A DNA stretch of 64,000 nucleotides from Bacillota bacterium (GTDB taxonomy: Bacteria; Bacillota; Clostridia; Christensenellales; SZUA-584): positions 67,833 through 131,832 of the forward strand of contig JAEXTV010000023.1 in the NCBI GenBank assembly GCA_023406895.1, given 5' to 3'. Below are positions 37,611 through 48,844 of the stretch, piece after piece; within the stretch, counting starts at the first letter, position 1, and every line of letters starts with the position of its first letter. A model generated the notes under the pieces. That model saw only the letters and a program-made list of their open reading frames with translations, did not search any database and was not told the DNA's origin. Both the position numbers and the translations under genes were made by a program.

Positions 37611-38465
37611 ATGCTGAACTTATGGCGCAACCGCCCCTTGATGGTCACCATCATTGTGGTCATTATATTGCTTGTCGTTCTTGTCATTACGGCAGGCAGC
37701 AACAATATGTCCGGCACGGAGAGCGTGGTGGGCAGCATCTTTTCCCCCATCCAAAAAGCGCTCTATTCCGCCACGGACGCCATCGGAGATTTTTTTGGCC
37801 GTATATTCTCGGAGAGCGACCTGCAGACAGAAAATCTTCAGCTGGAAGCCAAAGTTGCCGAGCTGGAAGGCCAGCTTGCGGACTACACAGAAATCAAAGC
37901 GGAGAACGACCGTTTAAAAGCGCTGTTGAATTTTGATGCCAAAGCGAACAATTTGGAAGTCAAGACCGCCCATGTCATCGGCAAAACGCCGGGGCATTGG
38001 TTCAATATATTTGACATTGATATGGGAATCTCGGACGGCATTGAGGTGGATATGCCCGTCATGACCGGGGACGGCCTTGTGGGGCGCGTTTTGCATACGG
38101 GTGCGCATTACAGCCGCGTGCTCGCCATCATCGATTCGTCAAGCGGTGTGTCGAGCATCGTGGAGCGTACGCGCGATCTTGGCATCATCAGTGGTTCCAA
38201 CACGGCGGGCGATGATGACCCGCTGCTTACGATGGACAACCTGCCGCTTGATGCTGATCTGATGCCGGGCGATAAGGTGATCACATCGGGTCTCTCAGGC
38301 ATATTTCCGAAAAGCATCGCCATCGGCGAGGTTGTTGAGGTCAGCCAGAGTAACGACGGCATGAGAAACAAGGCGGTCGTGAAACCGTATGTGGATTTTG
38401 CCCACCTCGAAGAAGTGATGATCATTACATCAAAACCCCTCAGTACCGATGAGGCGCTGGAATGA
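37611..38465 (+). CDS. mreC: rod shape-determining protein MreC
   Basis: N-terminal TM segment, coiled-coil LQLEAKVAELEGQLADYTEIKAENDRLKALL, and beta-rich C-terminal domains (..VITSGLSGIFPKSIAIGEV..). GGAGGAG precedes the ATG at 37611. Confidence 0.85.
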   Translation: MLNLWRNRPLMVTIIVVIILLVVLVITAGSNNMSGTESVVGSIFSPIQKALYSATDAIGDFFGRIFSESDLQTENLQLEAKVAELEGQLADYTEIKAENDRLKALLNFDAKANNLEVKTAHVIGKTPGHWFNIFDIDMGISDGIEVDMPVMTGDGLVGRVLHTGAHYSRVLAIIDSSSGVSSIVERTRDLGIISGSNTAGDDDPLLTMDNLPLDADLMPGDKVITSGLSGIFPKSIAIGEVVEVSQSNDGMRNKAVVKPYVDFAHLEEVMIITSKPLSTDEALE

Positions 38466-38986
38466 GATATATCATGCTTGCTGCCGTGGCCGTGATCAAT
38501 CTGATATTGACCGGCACGGTATTTGTGAATTTGAATATCGCGGGGATCGCGCCGGATATTTTGATCTGCTGTATGGTCTCCATTGCGCTGATGGAAAAGA
38601 ACATGACAAGCGCCATTATCGGCGGCATCTGCGGCCTCACGCTCGATATCATGTTTATCGGTATTATCGGCTCTTACACCATCCCATTGTTTATCACCGG
38701 GGCCGTGCTGTACTTTGCGAGCAGGCAAATGCGCTATGTCGACAGTATTCTCGTTCCCTTTTTGTTTGCCATGGGCGCTTATTTCATCAAAGAACTGATC
38801 ACCGCGCTTATTGTGTATATGCTCGGCAAAAGCTTTTCTCTGCCGTTTATGATGGTGCGCTATATTCTGCCCGAAATGCTTGCCACCGGCGTGTTTATGC
38901 TGCTTGTCCACTTAATTTTCAGGCGCATATACCGGTCTCCCACGATGCGCCCGAAATATATCGACGATATCAAGAAGCTCCTGTAG
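38462..38986 (+). CDS. mreD: rod shape-determining protein MreD
   Basis: 174 aa with about 5 TM segments. It overlaps the mreC stop, the canonical position. Confidence 0.75.
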   Translation: MRYIMLAAVAVINLILTGTVFVNLNIAGIAPDILICCMVSIALMEKNMTSAIIGGICGLTLDIMFIGIIGSYTIPLFITGAVLYFASRQMRYVDSILVPFLFAMGAYFIKELITALIVYMLGKSFSLPFMMVRYILPEMLATGVFMLLVHLIFRRIYRSPTMRPKYIDDIKKLL

Positions 38987-39475
38987 AAATGCAAGCGCCC
39001 TCAGTTATCTTCGTCGATTAAAAAGGCTTTTCAGCCGTCTTGTTTACAATGTGATAACTAAATTCTTCATGGTCAAAAACATATTGTTACTATCAAAAAA
39101 TCAAAGGCATTGATTCAACGCCTATATTTCTCACAACCAATATTGCTAATGACGGTCACTTTTTGTCATTCGCTCCGCTCACTGCTGTAAGCTGAAGCAT
39201 TTTTTATTCACACCAGCATAGCAGGCGGTTTATTACGCTAAAGGCACAAAAAAAGAACCACAGAACAATTGGTTGCTGCAGTTCTTTCCATGGCGCGTGG
39301 TCAAAGCGCCAAACATAAAGGAGCATAAAGCGGTTGCTTAGAATTCATTATCGCCATCAAGATATTTTCTATACAAGATTCAATAAAAATACAAACAGAC
39401 GGGGACATTTCCTATACTTATGCTTTCACTTCTGTTATAATACGATCAACATTTACTAAAAGGTGGGGTATTGTT

Positions 39476-40603
39476 ATGGTCGAGATAAAAGAAGTCTTGA
39501 GCAAAAGCGATGTTAAAAAATACGTCAAATTCCCCGATAAGCTTTATAAGGGTGTGGAAAACTACGTGCCCGAGCTGAAATCAGAAGAATACTCGATGTA
39601 TTCGCCAAAAACCAATTTCTCTTTTGAATACTGTGACGCGCGGTTTTTCCTTGCATACCGGGACGGAAAAATAGTCGGGCGCATCGGGGCGATCGTTAAC
39701 AAAATGGGAAACGAAATGTGGAATGAAAAGAAGATCCGCATCACCCGCATCGACTTTATCGACGATCTTGAGGTCTCGGGCGCGCTTTTTAACGCTGTGG
39801 AAAGCTGGGGCAAGGAGCTCGGCCTGACCGAAGCACACGGGCCCTTAGGGTTTACCGATCTTGACAAGGAAGGCCTGCTCGTGGAGGGCTTCGACCGCAT
39901 GGGCACTTCCGTCACCATATATAATTACCCCTATTACCCCAAACACTTTGAAGCCCATGGCTACACAAAAGACACCGACTGGGTGGAGTTTCGCATTAAG
40001 ACGCCCGAAAAAGGGGACAAGCGTGTCGAGCGCGTTCAGAAAATTGCAAAGCACGTTATGGAACGCTCTAACATACGTTTTTATAACATCAAAAAGATCA
40101 AGGAAGCGGGACCCATCATCATACAGATTTTCGAGCTGCTCAGCGAATGCTATAAAAATTTGTACGGTGTCGTCCCTTATACGGAGAACGTTGCCAAAGA
40201 CTATCTGCGGCGCTTCACGCCGCTGCTCAACCCCGCCTTTGCCAAGTTTATTGTGGATCAAAACGACAAGCTGATCGGCTTCGGGCTGGCCGCGCCGTCG
40301 CTCGCTCAGGCGTTTAAAAAAAGCGGCGGAAGGCTGTTCCCGTTTGGCTGGGCCCATCTTTTATACAGCCTCAATCACCCGAAAGAAGTTGAACTGTATC
40401 TTGTAGCGGTTCATCCCGATTATCAGAAATCCGGCCTTGCCGCGCTGCTGATGAATGAGATCACCGTTTCTGCCATCAAATATGGCGTTCAATACGCCGA
40501 ATCAAGCCCTGAACTCGAAGACAACAAGCACGTTCAGGATTTCTGGAAGAACTACGATGTGGAGCAGCATAAGCGCCGCAGATGCTACCATAAGGTTTTC
40601 TAG
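39476..40603 (+). CDS. GNAT-like acyltransferase (long, about 375-aa family)
   Basis: GNAT motif-A-like block LYLVAVHPDYQKSGLAALLMNE near the C-terminus. AGGTGGGG precedes the ATG. Confidence 0.55.
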   Translation: MVEIKEVLSKSDVKKYVKFPDKLYKGVENYVPELKSEEYSMYSPKTNFSFEYCDARFFLAYRDGKIVGRIGAIVNKMGNEMWNEKKIRITRIDFIDDLEVSGALFNAVESWGKELGLTEAHGPLGFTDLDKEGLLVEGFDRMGTSVTIYNYPYYPKHFEAHGYTKDTDWVEFRIKTPEKGDKRVERVQKIAKHVMERSNIRFYNIKKIKEAGPIIIQIFELLSECYKNLYGVVPYTENVAKDYLRRFTPLLNPAFAKFIVDQNDKLIGFGLAAPSLAQAFKKSGGRLFPFGWAHLLYSLNHPKEVELYLVAVHPDYQKSGLAALLMNEITVSAIKYGVQYAESSPELEDNKHVQDFWKNYDVEQHKRRRCYHKVF

Positions 40604-41379
40604 GCTTTGCTCTCGAAAACATCAAGGTTGCGCGCGGCCTTGAGCATCACGGCTTCTTCCATCGTGTAAATACCCTTGCCTTTGCCCATGAGCCATTTGG
40701 CCGCGTAGATCGCCCCCTGACCGAAAGCGGCGCGGTTGATGGATTCGTGAACAATTCGGATGGTCTGATTGGGCAGGCCGAATACCACTTCGTGCTTGCC
40801 CACAATACCGCCGACGCGTATCGAGTTCACATGTTTTTCCCGATCCAGCCCCAAATCCTGTGCAATGCGCAGCGCCGTACCGGAAACATCCGATTTTCCT
40901 TTAAAATGCTCCTCAATAATTTCAATATCCGCATGAGGCACAATTTTTTGCAGAACCTTGGAAACCTCAATCAAAAAATTGATGCCGAGAGTGATGTTCG
41001 GCGAGTAAAGCACAGGTACCATATTACCAAGCGCTTTAAGCTGTTCGAGCTGTTTCTTTTCATATTTAGAAATCGCAGACACGATACGGGTTCCGAAACG
41101 CGTCGCATGCTTATAAACATCGACCGCGCTGCTCGCGGAAAAATCAATAATCACATCCACATAATTTTCTTTAAAAAAGACAGCAGGATCAATGCTGCCC
41201 AGGGAGAAGATTTTGCCTTGGTCGCAGTTAAAGCCCTGCAAGCGGCTCGCGAATTCGCCTTCGCTCCTTGTCGATTTTCTTATGACCCATTTCAGCTCGC
41301 ATCCTGTGTCCTTAATGATTTCGTTCGCCACCACAGCGCCGGTTTTTCCGTAGCCAAACGTACCGATTCTTATTTTCAT
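40600..41379 (-). CDS. dihydrodipicolinate-reductase (DapB)-like oxidoreductase paralog
   Basis: MKIRIGTFGYGKTGAVVANE (Rossmann) and SPNITLGINFL...IEIIEEHFKGKSDVSGTALRIA (DapB C-terminal domain motif). The ORF runs to 41550 and was trimmed to the ATG after GGAAAAGGAGG. Confidence 0.7.
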   Translation of the reverse strand: MKIRIGTFGYGKTGAVVANEIIKDTGCELKWVIRKSTRSEGEFASRLQGFNCDQGKIFSLGSIDPAVFFKENYVDVIIDFSASSAVDVYKHATRFGTRIVSAISKYEKKQLEQLKALGNMVPVLYSPNITLGINFLIEVSKVLQKIVPHADIEIIEEHFKGKSDVSGTALRIAQDLGLDREKHVNSIRVGGIVGKHEVVFGLPNQTIRIVHESINRAAFGQGAIYAAKWLMGKGKGIYTMEEAVMLKAARNLDVFESKA

Positions 41380-41975
41380 GATACGCCTCCTTTTCCCTTT
41401 TATGAATGACAGATTATTTATTTGTAATGTCCGGCATATAAAATGCGTTAGAGCAAACAAGCACTTATGGAAATGCCAATAAAACTCAATAAGATATTCG
41501 ATTATTCCCGGTATTATATCCGGGCGCCACCAAAACTCCCTGACAAACAATCAATATGATGCAGACGAAGCAGCTTGCCGGATCATCCGGCGCATCATTT
41601 GCCGGCAATGCGTTCAAGAAGTGAAAACGCTTCCGGCATAAGGACCCGCAATAAAGCGGTGCTATTTTAAGTGTTCATATTATATCATATCACAGACCAT
41701 AATGCAAGCGCGTGAAAACTGATGATAATTGATGATCCGTGCCTGTCATTTGTTTTAGATGTCTGCCATCATGCTTTTTAGTCATATTTCGCTCTAATTT
41801 TGGAACGAAAATTTCCTGCTTTTTAATTATCTCCCCCAAGCATCATATGCAGACCTATGACATAATATTCATAGATATACGCACCCGATATGATCTCGGG
41901 AATTTTGCATAAATTATACTTTTCTAAATTGGCCGCAGGGTGTATACTGGCAGGTAAGCAATCAGGAGTGAAGGT

Positions 41976-44900
41976 ATGGATACTATCCGTTTTGGACTTG
42001 ATATCGGATCAACAACCGTTAAATGTGTGGTTCTCGATAAAGACAAAGCCATTTTCAGCGAATACAAAAGACACTTCAGCGATATCACAGGCAGCGTTTT
42101 GAAAATGCTTCAAAGCGCTTTTACTGCGCTTGGCGATCTGCCGGTTTTTGTGTGTGTCACAGGTTCCGGGGGGCTCAGCGTCAGCAATTGGCTCGATATG
42201 CCGTTTGTACAGGAGGTCATCGCGGCAAGCAGCGCCGTGAAAGTTTTCGTTCCCGGCACCGATGTGGCCATTGAGCTCGGCGGTGAAGACGCCAAAATCA
42301 CTTACTTCTCGGGCAGCACCGAACAGCGCATGAACGGCACCTGCGCGGGCGGCACCGGCGCGTTTATCGACCAGATGGCATCGCTGCTCGAAACCGACGC
42401 AGCAGGCCTCAACAGGCTCGCTGCCAAGGCTGAGCACATTTACGATATCGCGGCACGCTGCGGCGTGTTTGCCAAAAGCGATATTCAACCGCTCATTAAC
42501 GAAGGCGCGGCCCGGGAGGACATCGCAGCCTCCGTGTTTCAGGCGGTCGTCAATCAGACGATCAGCGGGCTTGCCTGCGGGCGCCCGATTCGCGGCAAGG
42601 TCGCTTTCTTAGGCGGGCCGCTTCATTTCCTGCCCGCACTTAAAGACCGTTTCGTCAAAACGCTGAATCTTGAGAACGAAAATATCATGGATGCGCCTCA
42701 TGCGATGATGTTTGTCGCCGCGGGCGCGGCCATTCTTGCCGATAAGAAACAAACAAGCCTGTCGGCACTGCTGCAAAAAGCGCAGACCGCATCCGCGTTT
42801 GAGGATACCTCCGTCACGCTGCCGCCTTTGTTCAAAAGCCGCAGCGATTATGCCGCGTTCACCGAACGCCACGCGAAAGCCGCGGTGCCCGTGAAGCCGC
42901 TCGAAGATTGTACCGGCCCCTGCTACCTTGGTATCGACGCGGGATCGACCACCACCAAAGCGGTGATGCTCAACGACAACGGCGATATCGTTTATTCGCA
43001 TTACGGCGCGAACAAGGGCAGGCCGCTCGATATGATCCGCGATATCATTTCTGATATCTACAGCCGCCTGCCGGAAAACGCTTATATCGCATATGCCGCT
43101 TCAACGGGTTATGGCGAGAATCTCGCCAAGTCGGCTTTTTCTTTGGACACAAGCGAAGTGGAAACGGTCGCGCATTACACAGCCGCGCGCTTTTTCCGTC
43201 CCAATACCGATTTTATACTCGATATCGGCGGGCAGGACATGAAGTGCCTGCGCGTCAAAGATGGCGTGATCGACGAGGTGATTCTCAACGAGGCCTGTTC
43301 GTCCGGCTGCGGGTCGTTTCTTGAAACGTTTGCGGCGTCACTGTCGTGCTCCATACAGGACTTTGCGCAAGAAGCGCTTTTTGCGCCTCAGCCGGTGGAC
43401 CTTGGGAGCCGGTGCACCGTGTTCATGAACTCCAAGGTGCGCCAGGCGCAAAAAGAAGGCGCCACACTTGGCGGCATCTCGGCGGGGCTATCTTATTCTG
43501 TCATCAAAAACGCGCTGTATAAAGTGATCAAGCTCAAAAACCCGGAGGAGCTTGGCGCGAGCGTGGTGGTGCAGGGCGGCACTTTTCTAAACGACGCGGT
43601 GCTGCGTGCGCTCGAGCTGCTCTCTGGCCGCGAAGTGGTGCGGCCGGCCATCGCGGGGCTCATGGGGGCCTATGGTGCGGCGCTGATTGCCAAAAAGCGC
43701 TGCCCATCCGGCGTGATATCCGCAATACTGACTGCGGATGCTTTACAGGCGATGCGTATCAGCCAAACCTATGCGCGCTGCGGGCGCTGCGAAAACAACT
43801 GCCGCCTCACGGTCAGTCACTTCGGTGACGGGCGCAAATTTATATCGGGCAACCGCTGCGAGCGCGGCGGTGCGCAGGGTGCTGCCGAGAAAAACTCGCT
43901 GCCCGACATGTACGACTATACCTATAACCGGCTGTTCGCCTACCGGCCTCTTGACGAAAACGAAGCAGTGCGCGGGCGAATCGGTATCCCGCGCGTTCTG
44001 GGCATGTATGAGAATATCCCATTCTGGCATACGTTTTTCACAGCGCTCAAATACCGCGTGGAGCTCTCGCCCCGGTCGAAGCGAAGCGTTTACTTCGCGG
44101 GTATTGAAAGCATTCCGTCCGAATCGCTCTGCTATCCGGCCAAACTCGCCCACGGCGCGGTGCGCAAGCTGATTGACAGCGGCGTCAAAACGATATTCAT
44201 GCCGTGCGTGCCCTACGAGAAGAAGGAGCAGAAGAACGCAGCCAACAACTTTAACTGCCCCATCGTCACCTCGTACGCGGAAAACATCAAGAACAACATG
44301 CCCGAAATCAAAGAGCAGGGTGTGCAATTCCTGATGCCCTTTTTACCGATGGACACGATAGCCCGGCTCACAAAGCGGCTCGTTGAGGAATTTCCGGAAA
44401 TACCCGCGTATGAGATCAAACGCGCAGCAAAGCTGGCCTGGAAAGAAAAGCTCTGTTTCCAGAGCGATATCCGCCGCGAGGGTGAAAAAATCATGGCGCG
44501 CGTTAAGCGCGGTGAGCTGCAAGCCATCATACTCGGCGGGCGTCCGTACCATATCGATCCCGAAATCAACCATGGCATTTCGTCCATCATCACATCGCTC
44601 GGTTTCGCGGTGCTGACCGAGCAAAGCGTCGCACACCTTGGTGAATATAAGCCGCTGCGCGTGCTTGACCAATGGATGTTCCATACGCGCATCTATTCGG
44701 CGGCGCATCTCGCGGGACGCACAGAAGGATTGGAGCTCGTTCAGCTCAACTCATTCGGCTGCGGTCTCGATGCGGTGGTCACCGACCAGACACATGATAT
44801 TTTAAAGGCGTACGGCAAAATATATACGCTGCTCAAAATAGATGAAATCAATAACACAGGCGCTATTCGCATCCGTCTGCGGTCGCTTGCGGCGGCTGTG

Positions 44901-46208
44901 GCGGAACGCAAAAAGAGGCGTGTGATCGACGATCTCGCACAAGCTGTAAAACAGCGCGCCGAAGGGTATAAAAAGGTGGTCTTCGAAAAGTTCATGAAGA
45001 AGGATTTCACCATACTCTCACCGCAGATGTCGCCCATTCATTTCGATTTTCTGCGCGCCGCGTTTGAAGCATCCGGATATCGCTTTGAGCTGCTGCCCTC
45101 GGTGGACACAGCCGCTGTGGAGGAAGGGCTAAAGTACGTCAATAACGATGCCTGTTACCCGTCCATCATCGTGACGGGGCAGCTGATTGAAGCCGTCAAG
45201 TCAGGCCGGTACGACACCAACAGGCTGGCCTGCATCATCTCTCAAACGGGCGGCGGCTGCCGTGCATCCAATTATATCGGCTTTATCCGCAAGGCGCTGA
45301 ATGATGCCGGATTCAGCCATATCCCCGTAATCTCATTGAGCGCGTCGGGCCTAGAGAAACACCCGGGCTTTAAGATTACGCTGCCGATGCTCCGCCGCGC
45401 GATGCACGGTATGATATTCGGTGACCTGTTAAACCGGCTGACGCTTGCCACACGCCCCTATGAAAGAACGGCCGGAGATACGCAGGCGATGTACGAAAAG
45501 TGGCGCGATATCGCGCTTGAAGACATCAGGCGCTACAGCAAACGCAGCTACAGGCTCCATATCAGCCAGATGGTGCGTGAGTTTGACGATATCCCTGTCA
45601 CGGATCAGAAAAAACCCGTGATCGGCGTGGTGGGTGAAATTCTCGTGAAATACCACCCCACCGCAAACAATCAGATCGTCAAGGTGCTCGAAGATGAAGG
45701 TGCGGAGGTCAAGGTACCCGATCTGATTGACTTCTTACTGTATTGCGCTTACAACACGGGCTTCAAATACGAGAAGCTAGGGCGGCCGAAGCTTTTTATG
45801 CATTTCGGCAATTTTGCCATTTCCATGATTGAAAACTCACGCAAGCTGATGCGCAAGGTGTTAAGCCAGAGCAAGCGGTTCTCTCCCCCGTCGTTCATCG
45901 ATGAAAAGGCACGCGCCGCCGCCGAGTTTTTATCCATCGGCAATCAAACGGGCGAAGGCTGGTTCTTAACAGGAGAGATGGCCGAGCTATTAAAGGAAGG
46001 TGCCGACGGCATCGTCTGCGTGCAGCCGTTTGCGTGCTTGCCCAACCACATCGTCGGCAAAGGTGTGATTCAGCCCATACGCGCACGCTTCCCCGAAGCC
46101 AATATCGTCGCGATTGATTACGACCCGGGGGCCAGCGAGGTGAACCAGCTCAACCGTATTAAGCTGATGCTGTCGCTCGCGCATGAAAAAATAGACAAGG
46201 CGGTTTAA
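41976..46208 (+). CDS. fused acyl-CoA dehydratase activase-type protein (2x BcrAD/BadFG ATPase plus DUF2229/HgdB-like C-terminal region)
   Basis: Two acetate/sugar-kinase-fold starts are present: GLDIGSTTVKCVVL and GIDAGSTTTKAVML. Each is followed by the cluster-helix Cys region CAGGTGAFID or CSSGCGSFLE. The long C-terminal part is typical of the roughly 1400-aa clostridial 'CoA-substrate-specific enzyme activase' proteins. Confidence 0.85.
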   Translation: MDTIRFGLDIGSTTVKCVVLDKDKAIFSEYKRHFSDITGSVLKMLQSAFTALGDLPVFVCVTGSGGLSVSNWLDMPFVQEVIAASSAVKVFVPGTDVAIELGGEDAKITYFSGSTEQRMNGTCAGGTGAFIDQMASLLETDAAGLNRLAAKAEHIYDIAARCGVFAKSDIQPLINEGAAREDIAASVFQAVVNQTISGLACGRPIRGKVAFLGGPLHFLPALKDRFVKTLNLENENIMDAPHAMMFVAAGAAILADKKQTSLSALLQKAQTASAFEDTSVTLPPLFKSRSDYAAFTERHAKAAVPVKPLEDCTGPCYLGIDAGSTTTKAVMLNDNGDIVYSHYGANKGRPLDMIRDIISDIYSRLPENAYIAYAASTGYGENLAKSAFSLDTSEVETVAHYTAARFFRPNTDFILDIGGQDMKCLRVKDGVIDEVILNEACSSGCGSFLETFAASLSCSIQDFAQEALFAPQPVDLGSRCTVFMNSKVRQAQKEGATLGGISAGLSYSVIKNALYKVIKLKNPEELGASVVVQGGTFLNDAVLRALELLSGREVVRPAIAGLMGAYGAALIAKKRCPSGVISAILTADALQAMRISQTYARCGRCENNCRLTVSHFGDGRKFISGNRCERGGAQGAAEKNSLPDMYDYTYNRLFAYRPLDENEAVRGRIGIPRVLGMYENIPFWHTFFTALKYRVELSPRSKRSVYFAGIESIPSESLCYPAKLAHGAVRKLIDSGVKTIFMPCVPYEKKEQKNAANNFNCPIVTSYAENIKNNMPEIKEQGVQFLMPFLPMDTIARLTKRLVEEFPEIPAYEIKRAAKLAWKEKLCFQSDIRREGEKIMARVKRGELQAIILGGRPYHIDPEINHGISSIITSLGFAVLTEQSVAHLGEYKPLRVLDQWMFHTRIYSAAHLAGRTEGLELVQLNSFGCGLDAVVTDQTHDILKAYGKIYTLLKIDEINNTGAIRIRLRSLAAAVAERKKRRVIDDLAQAVKQRAEGYKKVVFEKFMKKDFTILSPQMSPIHFDFLRAAFEASGYRFELLPSVDTAAVEEGLKYVNNDACYPSIIVTGQLIEAVKSGRYDTNRLACIISQTGGGCRASNYIGFIRKALNDAGFSHIPVISLSASGLEKHPGFKITLPMLRRAMHGMIFGDLLNRLTLATRPYERTAGDTQAMYEKWRDIALEDIRRYSKRSYRLHISQMVREFDDIPVTDQKKPVIGVVGEILVKYHPTANNQIVKVLEDEGAEVKVPDLIDFLLYCAYNTGFKYEKLGRPKLFMHFGNFAISMIENSRKLMRKVLSQSKRFSPPSFIDEKARAAAEFLSIGNQTGEGWFLTGEMAELLKEGADGIVCVQPFACLPNHIVGKGVIQPIRARFPEANIVAIDYDPGASEVNQLNRIKLMLSLAHEKIDKAV

Positions 46209-46328
46209 AAGAAATGCATTTAAAGGAGAAGGTGCTTTGACCCCTCTCCTTTTTAATATGGCAGCACGCACACCCTTAGTACCGTTGTATCAAGCAGCTC
46301 ACGATCGGTTTACAGCCGTTATCTCTTC

Positions 46329-46348
46329 CTGTCACCTATCGGTGACAG
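46329..46348. repeat. perfect hairpin copy of the dispersed GTCACC element
   Basis: CTGTCACC-tatc-GGTGACAG forms an 8-bp perfect stem in an ORF-free spacer. Confidence 0.4.
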
Positions 46349-46567
46349 CCATCAATCCACTCCTGCTGGATAGTCGTTAAAGGAGATTGCGACATAAGAT
46401 TATTAAAAATCCCAGCTTCCCACTAAAAGGAGACTGTTGATCGCAGGATAGCTTATCTTGTCGTCTCATCCGGCGTTGTGCACCGCCGGCTCATGATTAG
46501 CTCTGCGGCCGGAATAAAGAAGATCCGTCTTAATGGCTTTGAAACAGCTGATATAAGCTCATGCCCG

Positions 46568-46600
46568 ATAAGAAAACAGCGCCCCGAGAAGGAGCGCTGT
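46568..46600 (-). terminator. rho-independent terminator of MCP paralog 1
   Basis: Minus strand: ACAGCGCTCC-ttct-cGGGGCGCTGT followed by TTTTCTT. Confidence 0.7.
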
Positions 46601-46621
46601 CTGCAGTCAGCCAAATCACAA

Positions 46622-48844
46622 TCAATATTTGCCGAAGTCATCGTCACCTAAAACGATGGTTTCTTTTTTAGATTCGCCGGTGATGGTTTTCACCTCTTCG
46701 CGGCTGATACAGGTATCATTCTTTCCTCTGAGCTGAAAGCCCGATACCATGTCGTGCAGCATCTCGGCCTGGCTCGATAGCTCTTCACTCGCGGCAGCCG
46801 TCTCCTGGGATGTTGCCGAGTTGGTCTGCACCACGCGCATCATCTGGTCGATGCTGGTGTTGATCTGCCGCAGACCGGATACCTGTTCGTTGGACGCCAC
46901 CGCAATCTGCGCCACGAGATCCGCGGCCTTATCCACGCCGCTCACAATGCTCTGCAGCGCTTCCGCCGTCTTATCGGCAATCTTGGTGCCCGATCCGACA
47001 ATAGAGATTGAATTTTCAATCAGTTCGGTTGTCTCTTTGGCTGCCTGCGCCGACCGCGCCGCAAGGTTTCTCACTTCATCTGCCACCACAGCAAAGCCTT
47101 TACCGTGAACACCTGCGCGCGCCGCTTCAACAGCCGCATTCAGTGCGAGAATATTCGTCTGAAACGCGATATCATCGATCACCTTGATAATCTTTGAGAT
47201 GCTCATCGAGGCGGCTTTGATATCCTCCATCGCCTTCTGCATTTTTTCCATTTGGCTGTTACCCGCCGATGCATCTGTCTTCGCCGTTTTCACAAGTTCA
47301 TTCGCGTTGTTGGCATTTTCGGCGTTCTGCGTTGCCTGCGCCGCAATTTGTGTGACGGTGGATGTCAGCTGGTCGATCTCAGCGGCCTGCTCTGAAGCGC
47401 CCTGCGATATCGTCTGGCTGCCGTCCGAAAGCTGCCTTGAGCCGGATGCCACCTGCGTTGAGGCGGTATCAATCTCTGTCAGTACATCATTGAACGCCAC
47501 AATGCTTTTGTTGATCGAATCCTTAAGCCTTGTAAAGCCGCCTTTAAAATCCGATAGGATGCTGACAGTCATGTCTCCGCGCGCGATGCTCTCTAAAATA
47601 TCCGTCACTTCGTCAATATAACGCTTCACGGTCTCGACCGTCGAGTTCAGCGCGTCCTTGATCAGCGCGTAGTCGCCCTTGAAATCGCCCGAAACGCTGA
47701 CGTCAAGATTGCCGTCCGCAAGACCTGAAAGCACCTCTGTCGATTCCCTGATCGGCGCTACGGTGGCGTCGAGTGTCGCATTGATGCCGTCCACAATGTC
47801 ACGGTATATGCCCTGGTGCTTCTCCGCATCTGCGCGTACATCGAGGTCGCCTTCCTTGGCCGCACTAATCAATATGGAGGTATCGCTTTCAAGCGCTTTG
47901 ATAGATTTTGTAATCGTGCCGATCGCCTCGCGCATTTGTCCGATCTCATCTTTTCTTTCATAGACCGCGAGCGTGATATCGGTATCACCCACCGCGAGAC
48001 GTTTTACATGTTGTGTGAGCCTCTTGATCGGCTGGCTGAATCCCCGCGCAATCAGCACACCGATCAGCACCGACAATACAAGCACAACACCGATACATGC
48101 CATGGTGATCGTCTCAGCGCTGGAAGATTTATCATTGCTGGCCTTGGCCTGTTTTGCGGCATCAGTGGTAATAATATTCCTCAAAGCGCTGATGGCATCG
48201 TTCACTTTTGTTTCCGCGGACCGAAGCGCACGATAACTCATCAAGTCGGCTGCCACTTGATCTTTATTGCCCGCTTTAATTTCGCCTATGGCATCCTTCA
48301 ATAACTTATAGTAATCATCATAGGCGCTCTGAAGTGCCTGAAAGCTTTTCAAAGCATCTCCTGTCAGCAGGGGATTGAGCATCTTCAGCGTCGTCTGGCA
48401 CTCCGTTTCAGCCGCATTAAGCGCAGATAGATAACCCGTCAGGCTTTTTTCGTCCGACATCACGGCATGCCTGAGCTGCACATTTCCTTCCTTGAATTTA
48501 TCCGTAATGGTTAATACATTTCTGATCGGCAAAATAACGGTGCTATTCATATAGTCAACCACATTACTGACTTCTCCCAAATTCGTGACCGAATAAATGC
48601 CAATACCAGCACCGAGAATAGCAATAACAAGAAATCCAAGAAGAAGCTTTGGCGCAATCTTCATGTTGCCCAAAAATGATGACTTGCGAATTTTCTGTTC
48701 TTTGCTCTTGATCTTTTTCTTTTTGGAATTAATCTGAGTCTGACCATTCTGTTCCCCAGCAGCTTCTGTGGTTTCCATCATGACTTCAAGCTGCTTACCG
48801 CTGCCATTGCCTGATTTCTTTTGCCCGTTTTTTTTGAGTTTCAT
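46622..48844 (-). CDS. methyl-accepting chemotaxis protein, tandem paralog 1 (740 aa)
   Basis: Lys-rich N-terminal extension, TM1 [23 protein letters not shown], sensor region, TM2, HAMP-like repeats, and the core [23 protein letters not shown]. Confidence 0.9.
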   Translation of the reverse strand: MKLKKNGQKKSGNGSGKQLEVMMETTEAAGEQNGQTQINSKKKKIKSKEQKIRKSSFLGNMKIAPKLLLGFLVIAILGAGIGIYSVTNLGEVSNVVDYMNSTVILPIRNVLTITDKFKEGNVQLRHAVMSDEKSLTGYLSALNAAETECQTTLKMLNPLLTGDALKSFQALQSAYDDYYKLLKDAIGEIKAGNKDQVAADLMSYRALRSAETKVNDAISALRNIITTDAAKQAKASNDKSSSAETITMACIGVVLVLSVLIGVLIARGFSQPIKRLTQHVKRLAVGDTDITLAVYERKDEIGQMREAIGTITKSIKALESDTSILISAAKEGDLDVRADAEKHQGIYRDIVDGINATLDATVAPIRESTEVLSGLADGNLDVSVSGDFKGDYALIKDALNSTVETVKRYIDEVTDILESIARGDMTVSILSDFKGGFTRLKDSINKSIVAFNDVLTEIDTASTQVASGSRQLSDGSQTISQGASEQAAEIDQLTSTVTQIAAQATQNAENANNANELVKTAKTDASAGNSQMEKMQKAMEDIKAASMSISKIIKVIDDIAFQTNILALNAAVEAARAGVHGKGFAVVADEVRNLAARSAQAAKETTELIENSISIVGSGTKIADKTAEALQSIVSGVDKAADLVAQIAVASNEQVSGLRQINTSIDQMMRVVQTNSATSQETAAASEELSSQAEMLHDMVSGFQLRGKNDTCISREEVKTITGESKKETIVLGDDDFGKY

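Noticed and set aside
38108-38911. 267-aa minus-strand ORF
   Set aside because: It is antisense to mreC/mreD. The translation is His/Asp/Gly-rich and implausible.
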